Part shown: one piece after another, positions 8,060-14,890 of the stretch
Numbering within the stretch: position 1 is the stretch's first letter
How the letters are laid out: each line of letters begins with the position of its first letter
Made by a program: the position numbers and the translations under genes
The notes under the pieces: model-generated
Told to the model about the DNA's origin: nothing
Database searches by the model: none
The model's input: the letters and a program-made list of their open reading frames with translations, nothing else
Assembly (NCBI GenBank): GCA_020353515.1
Contig: CP070695.1
Location: 1,271,637-1,303,227, forward strand
DNA length: 31,591 nucleotides
Source: Candidatus Heimdallarchaeota archaeon
GTDB lineage: Archaea > Asgardarchaeota > Heimdallarchaeia > Hodarchaeales > Hodarchaeaceae
Direction of reading: 5' to 3'

Positions 8060-10690
8060 TTATATCGCTTCACCAATTATGAAAAGATATTCTCCAGAGT
8101 CTAATTGGGCAATTGAACAAAGAATTGTTGTAAAATCCGTTTTCAAAACGATTTTTAGCCCATTTAAAGGATTTATAGCTTTTTGATGAAGCAAAAATCC
8201 CTTTTGAGTCATCAAAGCAGCCCACTGTAATAATTCTGATTCCGAATATGTCAATATTCTGATTGATTTGGAGTTTATTCCAATTCCTGATTCAAAGATT
8301 AAATCCCGTTCTAAAATGTCAGATATAAGAGTTTTTGGAAGAGAATTTTCCTGTAACTCGCTAATTAACTCAGTAAACCATCTGGTATCCTCTTCAGTTA
8401 CATCTTGTAATCTTTCCTCAGAAATATAATCAGCTATATCAGCTTCAGGAACAGTAGAAGCTTGATCTTCAGCTATGGTTTCTTCAAGCTTGGCTTCATC
8501 AGGAGGAAGTAGAGAGATGAAATGTGGTAATTCACGATTTTGGTCAGCAAGTACGAGAATCCCATCACGAAGATATGAAATAATAACCTCTGTAATCTTT
8601 CGATAACTATAATCTGAATCTAAAAGACATTGATTAACGATCTCCAATGCAAAGAGGCCCTCGGATAAGGCAAGTTGATCAATTTGCTTATTAATAATCT
8701 CGTACAATATCGGATGAGATATTTCTTCTTTATAGGATCGATTCATCTGTAAGGGAGAAATTAAGGATAATCCTAGAAAACAATCAAGAAGCTTAATTGT
8801 TGGAGCGAATTCATCAATCAATCCAACAAATTCTTCGAGATTTTGCTGAAATTCCGTTTCGAATTGATAAGAGAAATTTCTAATTCGTCTCTTAAAATTG
8901 TTTAAGTACTTGGGAGTTCGATTGAGGATGACGGCAGTGACAGAACTGGCTCCTTCTACAGTAATGATTTCAAAAGCCCTGTCTCCTATCTCTTCCTTAA
9001 ATATGCGCAGTATTGACCGTTCTTTCACAAGATCCGTCTTAAGCTCGCTAAAAAGACCTGAAATTGCGCTTAAGAACCCTGAAACTAGTTGAGGGTCTAT
9101 TTTTAACATCGTAATGCCTAGTTCAAAAATACAAATTCCAGTTTTTTTATGGACTACTAGAATGTGATTACAGGTTAGTAAATTTGTCAAATCTTTATAG
9201 TTAAATGGTTCTATCTCTATCCCAGAAGGTGTGTCTTCATCCTGTTCAATCACGGAGGATTCTAACTTAGGTATATGTAATTCATCAGAGATTACAGGTC
9301 TACCAATTTTTGCAACCCCTCTATACCGAGGGATAGAACTAGGCATTAAATCTTCTTGAGGGTCTATATGTTTTGATAAACGAGGACGAATATGGATTTT
9401 TATTGGCCCTTGACTTCCTAATCCTACAATTAACGCTTCCCCCCGCGCGAGATGAGGTAAATTTGACACTACTTCAGAACTTATTCCTTCCATCAATCGA
9501 ATCTTGTTAATGTCTTTATCAGATCTTATCCTTAACGCAATTAATGTGTTCATATTAGCAATGATGTTATCTGGAAAATCTGCAGGTCTTTGAGATATCA
9601 GAATTTCATAAATTCCAAATTTTCGACCTTCTCGAGAAATTCGTGATAAGATTTCATTTGTAGTAGAGAAGCGGTGTGCTTCTTCGACAACCAGAACGAC
9701 TTCCTGCTCTCTTGCTATTTCTCCCTGAATTTTCATGTCGAATATTAGAGTTAAGACTTCGTTAACAAATAAATTTCGTTTTTTCTCGTCAGTAAACTCA
9801 TCTAAACGGATAATGGATATTTGGCCTGGACGAACAAGAGCATTCAAGTCAAATTCTTCTTCAAATAGGTTCAAGTTTTGTAAAGAATAGATCTTTGATA
9901 CAAGAGTTTCTCGAGTTGAGGTATGAAAATCAGACTTTTGAATTAATGAGACTAATTCATCTAGCAAGATTGGTTTTTTAATTAAATTTGATAAGGAGTT
10001 CTCTTGCGCAGCTGTTAAATCAATCAATCTACGAATTCGTTGTAAATCAAATTTGCTCCCGAGTCCTAAAGAGTCTTTTTCAAAAATGAGTATATTATCT
10101 TTGAACTCACGAGGGGAATATTCTTCGTAATTTAACTGTTCAATTTCTCCACCATCATTTGGTTGAGCTAAACCCCAATATTCGTTATGAATGTCAAATA
10201 ATAAGACTGATGCTGACTTAAATTTCATAATAATTTCTTCTAGCATCACCCCCACGCTGTAAGATTTTCCTGCACCTGTGCTTGCAACACACAGAACATG
10301 TCGTTCTATAAACTTGGGTGATATAAGAAAGGGATCTGTATGATCCTGATATGTTACGACATCTCCTAAATAAATTCCTTGATCCCCCCTATATGAGATA
10401 ATCTTAGAAACTAGTCCTTTAGGTGGGTGTTCGATTTGTGCTTGTGATGAAATGGGGAACCTACATGGGGAGAGTGAAAAATCTTCAGAGTTTATTTCTC
10501 CTAGAATTGTTGCGGTTCCTCTTATTTCTTCTCCCCTGGTTTGAATGAGGTGCGCTACTTGCGCTAAATACTGTTTTTCAGGTGTTTTTTCTGAATCTGT
10601 AATCAAAACAAAATCTTGTTCATGAATGGTTGCTTTACTTTCATCTATATAGAAAGAAATTTCCCCTGTTGAAGATTTTATTACTTCCAT
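8060..10690 (-). CDS. HerA/FtsK-superfamily (DUF87-type) P-loop ATPase fused to a roadblock/longin-like domain and a further ~260-aa C-terminal extension.
   Basis: Walker A is CVASTGAGKSYS (nt 10262-10285). Walker B is EVVLVVEEAHRF. REGRKFGIYEILISQRPADFPDNIIANMNTLIALRIRSDKD is typical of HerA-like ATPases. Residues ~505-615 read NHILVVHKKTGICIFELGITMLKIDPQLVSGFLSAISGLFSEL... Confidence 0.8.
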   Translation of the reverse strand: MEVIKSSTGEISFYIDESKATIHEQDFVLITDSEKTPEKQYLAQVAHLIQTRGEEIRGTATILGEINSEDFSLSPCRFPISSQAQIEHPPKGLVSKIISYRGDQGIYLGDVVTYQDHTDPFLISPKFIERHVLCVASTGAGKSYSVGVMLEEIIMKFKSASVLLFDIHNEYWGLAQPNDGGEIEQLNYEEYSPREFKDNILIFEKDSLGLGSKFDLQRIRRLIDLTAAQENSLSNLIKKPILLDELVSLIQKSDFHTSTRETLVSKIYSLQNLNLFEEEFDLNALVRPGQISIIRLDEFTDEKKRNLFVNEVLTLIFDMKIQGEIAREQEVVLVVEEAHRFSTTNEILSRISREGRKFGIYEILISQRPADFPDNIIANMNTLIALRIRSDKDINKIRLMEGISSEVVSNLPHLARGEALIVGLGSQGPIKIHIRPRLSKHIDPQEDLMPSSIPRYRGVAKIGRPVISDELHIPKLESSVIEQDEDTPSGIEIEPFNYKDLTNLLTCNHILVVHKKTGICIFELGITMLKIDPQLVSGFLSAISGLFSELKTDLVKERSILRIFKEEIGDRAFEIITVEGASSVTAVILNRTPKYLNNFKRRIRNFSYQFETEFQQNLEEFVGLIDEFAPTIKLLDCFLGLSLISPLQMNRSYKEEISHPILYEIINKQIDQLALSEGLFALEIVNQCLLDSDYSYRKITEVIISYLRDGILVLADQNRELPHFISLLPPDEAKLEETIAEDQASTVPEADIADYISEERLQDVTEEDTRWFTELISELQENSLPKTLISDILERDLIFESGIGINSKSIRILTYSESELLQWAALMTQKGFLLHQKAINPLNGLKIVLKTDFTTILCSIAQLDSGEYLFIIGEAI

Positions 10691-11060
10691 TGCACGTTAC
10701 AACCATTTCAAGTTGAACTCAATCTACTGAGCGCTCTATATTAAGGTACTATTTGAATTAATGGACTAAGGGCACTCATTCTAGTCAGATAATGAGTTTC
10801 TTGTACCAAATGCTTTTTACCTTCTTCATTAGATATAGAATTTTGATTAGTATAAAAATTACGTTATTGTATATAACTCAATTAATAATATTGAATCTCT
10901 GGGAAAGAATACCTATGATGTTTTTTTTGGCTAATAGCATGAAATTAATTTGATGATTGATTACATAATTATGATAAACTTCGCAAAAACTTAATATTTC
11001 ATTCTTAACAGGATAAGTATTAAATCACCTAATTCACTTTTAGGTGGAGAGTAAGCTATC

Positions 11061-12032
11061 ATGGCAAGTACCCCTCAAAATAATGAGTATGATATGGTAA
11101 TAGTTGGTGCTGGACCAGCAGGTATGGCTTCTGCGATCTATGGTTCACGTATGGGTTGGAAAACATTAGTACTCGAAAAAGAGGCGGTAGGGGGCCTGGC
11201 AGCGGTCACTCCAATAATAGAAAACTATCCTGGGTTCTCTGAAATCACTGGTCTTGAGTTTGCAGAGAAATTACGAAAACAGGCGGAAAAATTTGGTGCT
11301 GAGATTCAAGAACTAGTAGAAGTAACTGACATAAAAACAGACCAAGTTCCATTTGAAGTAGTATCTACTTCGGGTGTCTACAAAGCAAAAGTGGTCATAT
11401 TTGCTACTGGTACTTCTCATCGTCATTTGAATGTCCCAGGTGAAAAAGAATTTGAAGCGAAGGGTGTATCTTACTGTGCAACATGTGATGGGCCTTTATA
11501 TAAATCTAAAAAGGTAGCTGTAGTTGGAGGGGGGAATTCTGCAGTCACAGAAGCTCTGTATCTGGATAATGTTGTCCGAGAAGTGTATTTAATTCACCGT
11601 CGAGACCAATTACGAGCAGAACAATCATTACAGAAGGAAATTCTTAATAATTCTAAAGTCAACTTCATTTGGGATTCTGTGGTTTCTGAAATCCATGGAA
11701 GCGAGGCGGGTGGAGTCAAGAAATTAACTCTGAAAAATGTAAAAACAGGAGAAGAAGATTCTCTTCGTGTAAAAGCAATATTTATAGCTATTGGTATTAT
11801 TCCTAATAATGAATTAGCAAAAAAAGTTGGCATTGAGTTGGCTGACGAAGGGTTGATCAAGGTCGATGATAAACAGCGAACCAATATTCCTCGAATTTAT
11901 GCCTGTGGCGACATTACTCCTGGCCAAGGACAGATTTCGGTAGCTGTAGGTGAGGGTACAACTGCTGCGATTTCCGCTTTTCTTGATATGAGAGGTGGGG
12001 ATTGGTATGGAGAAGAAGATAGCACTGGTTGA
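11061..12032 (+). CDS. trxB: Thioredoxin-disulfide reductase (low-molecular-weight, NADPH-type).
   Basis: FAD motif VGAGPAG, redox-active CATCDG, NADPH motif GGGNSA plus HRRDQLRA, and a C-terminal GD motif (ACGDIT). The length is 323 aa. Confidence 0.95.
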   Translation: MASTPQNNEYDMVIVGAGPAGMASAIYGSRMGWKTLVLEKEAVGGLAAVTPIIENYPGFSEITGLEFAEKLRKQAEKFGAEIQELVEVTDIKTDQVPFEVVSTSGVYKAKVVIFATGTSHRHLNVPGEKEFEAKGVSYCATCDGPLYKSKKVAVVGGGNSAVTEALYLDNVVREVYLIHRRDQLRAEQSLQKEILNNSKVNFIWDSVVSEIHGSEAGGVKKLTLKNVKTGEEDSLRVKAIFIAIGIIPNNELAKKVGIELADEGLIKVDDKQRTNIPRIYACGDITPGQGQISVAVGEGTTAAISAFLDMRGGDWYGEEDSTG

Positions 12033-12040
12033 TTTAGGTC

Positions 12041-12544
12041 TTGAATCAGAAAGAAGTTTCAAGCACGGTTGCAATTGATAGAATTTCAGCTCACTTCAGT
12101 GCCTCACATGCTCTAATTTCTGAAAATTACGAAGAAGGACTTCACGGTCATAATTATCAAGTTGAAATTGAGATTGAAGGGAATTTAGGTACCGATAATG
12201 TTATCATTGACTTTATTTTTTTAGAAAACCTCCTCTCCCAAACCCTTTCAAATTGGGATCATTTTGTATTATTACCATCAAATAATAAAAACATGAAAAT
12301 TCGTGAAAATAAGAATAATATCGAAATCAAATACGGAAGACGATTTTACTCTATTCCTAGGACTGAGGTCAAGTTTTTGGAATGCTCAAATGTTACCACA
12401 GAAGCCTTAGCCCAATTATTAGGTGAGAAGATGAGGAGTTTTTTAAAAAAAGAGAGTTTTTGGAAAAGGATACAGACGATAAAGATCACAATTTGGGAAA
12501 CATCCGTCTATCGCGCTAGTTATTCTGTTAGATCCAATTTTTAA
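12041..12544 (+). CDS. 6-pyruvoyl-tetrahydropterin synthase / QueD family (COG0720) protein with Glu in place of the QueD motif Cys (PTPS-III-like).
   Basis: SAHFSASHAL...YEEGLHGHNYQVEIEIEG matches the PTPS/QueD zinc-binding HGH core. The TTG start lies 9 nt after the trxB stop. Confidence 0.8.
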   Translation: MNQKEVSSTVAIDRISAHFSASHALISENYEEGLHGHNYQVEIEIEGNLGTDNVIIDFIFLENLLSQTLSNWDHFVLLPSNNKNMKIRENKNNIEIKYGRRFYSIPRTEVKFLECSNVTTEALAQLLGEKMRSFLKKESFWKRIQTIKITIWETSVYRASYSVRSNF

Positions 12545-13397
12545 GAAAAGTAGCAATATCCATTTTTGGAAATCCAGGTATTTGTTGTCCTTCGGAAGTT
12601 AAATTGTAGCGAAGTCCAGAATGTTGAGAATGAAAAGCTGTTATGAGATCAATAGCAATATGGAATTTCTCTAATTTCTTCTTCTTTCTCTTTTTAAGAG
12701 GAGATTTAAGTATACTATATTCACCAATTTGAGTTCCAAAATCAAAACCAATAAGTCCAATAAGAGGAGATTGAAAGTGGAATGCTAAAAAAATTGCTCG
12801 ATCTCCATCAGTAAACCCCCCAAAATTGAAAAGAAATTGTCCAGGTTCACACTGAGCTGTTCCCCATACATCAGTTTTAAAGATAAAATCAGAGTTTTTC
12901 TGGAAGAAAGAGGAAATCTGTTGTTGATTGTCCCCATGGGCATGAATTAATGCTAAAGTACCTTTCTGAATGGCCCAACTGATTGCATCTAAATCACCAT
13001 CGAGATCAGTTACCACTAAGGAGGGAACGACATTATTTTCCTTAAATAATGTTGTTGCTCCATCAACAGTAATTATCTTAAAATCTCTTAAAATCTTCTT
13101 CAAATAAGGGCCAATGAAAACTCTTGAAAAGTCTTTTTTCAAGGATGGCCCTGCTCCAGCGATAATCACAGGTTGTTCTTGAAATATTTTTAATTTTGAA
13201 AGGATATCTTTTTTCTTATCAGAGTTAAATTTGATTAAATATTTCTCTAATAGTTTTACTGATTGAATATCTGCCTCCGTGTCAAAGTCTAACTTTTCCA
13301 TAATCTGATAGTAGCTTTCCTTCCAATCTGGCCAATTCATTCTGAATATCTCTGGTAATAGACTATTATATTTACAATGAAGTAGGGTTCTGACCAC
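12528..13397 (-). CDS. mptE: MptE-like (DUF115/COG1634) protein, a probable archaeal 6-hydroxymethyl-7,8-dihydropterin pyrophosphokinase.
   Basis: Motifs IIAGAGPSL, VVTDLDGDLD and LIHAHGDN match what I recall for the DUF115/MptE family. GTG start. Its 3' end overlaps the PTPS gene by 17 nt (convergent). Confidence 0.6.
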   Translation of the reverse strand: MVRTLLHCKYNSLLPEIFRMNWPDWKESYYQIMEKLDFDTEADIQSVKLLEKYLIKFNSDKKKDILSKLKIFQEQPVIIAGAGPSLKKDFSRVFIGPYLKKILRDFKIITVDGATTLFKENNVVPSLVVTDLDGDLDAISWAIQKGTLALIHAHGDNQQQISSFFQKNSDFIFKTDVWGTAQCEPGQFLFNFGGFTDGDRAIFLAFHFQSPLIGLIGFDFGTQIGEYSILKSPLKKRKKKKLEKFHIAIDLITAFHSQHSGLRYNLTSEGQQIPGFPKMDIATFLKNWI

Positions 13398-13469
13398 AAA
13401 TAAAATATTTAAGGATTCTTGAAACCGCTCCTTTTGGTTTGTTTTACAAACTTGACGCTTATTACATGC

Positions 13470-13614
13470 GAGACTCTGCCGAAAGTTAAGTTAGGTTCCG
13501 TTTCGGTCTGTACTGTTGTGCGCGAGCCAACGGGAACATCGAGAAGCTGAGTATTGCTCGGCCAGAGGGCCTAGGTTACACCCGGTCTCATTCCGAACCC
13601 GGAAACAGAGTCTC
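13470..13614 (+). rRNA. 5S rRNA gene in circularly permuted order (3' domain, then capped helix I, then 5' domain), including the flanking 9-bp leader/trailer helix.
   Basis: A GC-rich island in an AT-rich spacer. ACACCCGGUCUCAUUCCGAACCCGGAA (13579-13604) is the conserved helix III/loop C. GUUAAG..GUACUGUUGUGCGCGAGCCAACGGGAA (13485-13536) is the conserved loop B, loop E and helix IV region, but it lies upstream of the former. The GCUGAG-UAUUG-CUCGGC hairpin (13546-13562) replaces the free ends. GAGACUCUG (13470-13478) pairs with CAGAGUCUC (13606-13614). Confidence 0.7.
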
Positions 13615-13639
13615 CTTCGTCTTAGGCCCTGGAATTTAC

Positions 13640-13659
13640 TCTTTTAATATTTTATTTTT
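13640..13659 (+). terminator. T-runs downstream of the 5S locus, a putative terminator.
   Basis: TCTTTTAATATTTTATTTTT contains three oligo-T runs within 45 nt of the trailer helix. Confidence 0.4.
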
Positions 13660-13896
13660 GTTGCTTAACTACTTTTCTTATTAATTTTTATTATTACATC
13701 TTGATTCCAGTAATACAGGGATAATTAATATATTATTAATTAAAATAAACTATTTTCAATCTTTATCTTAGTGAAAGTTAAAATAAAGTAAATACAAGCA
13801 TTCGATATGATGGCTATATTCTTTGTATTGCACAAATCTCGTGATTTTTCCTCCACATATTCCCAAAAAGAAATTTTACTCCATTGGAGGCGTTAA

Positions 13897-14808
13897 ATGG
13901 TATTCTCTTCAATAGCCCAGAGCTACTTTGACGAATTCCCATTCCGCCGGGGTACTCCACGGAAACCATCTTCAGGCTTTTTTTTCTTATCTCACGCTCA
14001 TTCAGACCATACATCAGGTCTCCGATCAAGCTTATCTGATCCTGATGCTACAATAGTCTGCTCCAAAGAAACAGCAGCCGTCATCAAGGTACTATATGGA
14101 ATTCCTAGAGAAAAATGTCTTGAAATCAAATCTAGTCAGTCTCTAGACTTCGACAATTTCATAGTTCATGCAATCGATGCCAATCATTGTGTTGGTAGTC
14201 TCTCTTTTGTGATTGAATCAAAAGATGGTTTGAGAGAGGTTTATACTGGTGATTTTAGGTTAGGGGTTCCGATTTTTGATGAACTTAGGTTAATTCAAGA
14301 AACAGATCATCTCTGGGTTGATTATACTTATGGAATTGATCCAATATTTCGGTTTCCTTCAAGAGAAGAAATAATTTCAGAAATAATTACATTAATCCTA
14401 TCTGAGGGGAATTTTCCAGAAAGGGATGTATGGATTTCTTCATATCAAATTGGTAAAGAAAAGCTTCTTAAAACCATCAGTGACGCGCTAAAAGTTAAAA
14501 TTTGGGCATCAGATCTCAAAGTGAAAACCTATAAAGAAATTGGAGGAGAATGGGACATTTTTACGAATGATAGAGATTCAGGAGTTTTTGTTGGTAGCCG
14601 TCGAATGGTAGAAAGGTTACATGGAATAGATAAACAATATCATGATAAGATGACTGAAGCCCTAAGAATCTCTCCCACTGGGTGGGCCTCACGCTTACAC
14701 CAAAAGCATTTAGATGTGAATTTTTTTCCTTACTCAGATCACTGTTCATATTCTGAGGTTCATAAATTCATTAAGCTAGTTAATGCAAAAAGAATCAAAA
14801 AAATCTGA
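13897..14808 (+). CDS. SNM1/PSO2/Artemis-family beta-CASP metallo-beta-lactamase nuclease (DNA repair, DRMBL-type C-terminus).
   Basis: The ordered motifs run FFFLSHAHSDHTSGL, IDANHCVGSLS, YTGDFR, VDYTYG..FRFPSREEII, YQIGKEKLL, ISPTGWA, PYSDHCSYSEVHKFI. They parallel human SNM1A (FLTHFHSDHYAGL, LDANHCPGA, HTGDFR, IGKEK, RPTGW, YSEHSSY), as recalled from memory. Confidence 0.85.
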   Translation: MVFSSIAQSYFDEFPFRRGTPRKPSSGFFFLSHAHSDHTSGLRSSLSDPDATIVCSKETAAVIKVLYGIPREKCLEIKSSQSLDFDNFIVHAIDANHCVGSLSFVIESKDGLREVYTGDFRLGVPIFDELRLIQETDHLWVDYTYGIDPIFRFPSREEIISEIITLILSEGNFPERDVWISSYQIGKEKLLKTISDALKVKIWASDLKVKTYKEIGGEWDIFTNDRDSGVFVGSRRMVERLHGIDKQYHDKMTEALRISPTGWASRLHQKHLDVNFFPYSDHCSYSEVHKFIKLVNAKRIKKI

Positions 14809-14890
14809 AGAAATAAAAAACTTTCAAAAAAGGCAAAAAAGCCATTCTAAATTCTCTCATATCGATAATCTAACATGAAAGGGATCTCCT

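Noticed and set aside
8182-8216. 8-bp inverted repeat TTTGATGA...TCATCAAA
   Set aside because: It lies inside the C-terminal coding region of the HerA-like gene. It is short and AT-rich, so it is most likely coincidental.
10951-10956. UGAUGA (C-box-like) in the HerA/trxB divergent spacer as a C/D-box sRNA
   Set aside because: There is no matching D box (CUGA) or C'/D' pair at the right spacing, and no terminal stem.
13470-13632. The 5S-like locus as two unrelated 5S fragments or a decayed pseudogene
   Set aside because: This is not fully excluded but is disfavoured. Both parts keep the invariant loop sequences. Together they make exactly one complete 120-nt 5S with no missing or duplicated core element. 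Helix I is neatly capped, and the break is flanked by a perfect 9-bp helix with symmetric A-rich bulges. That is more order than random decay would leave.
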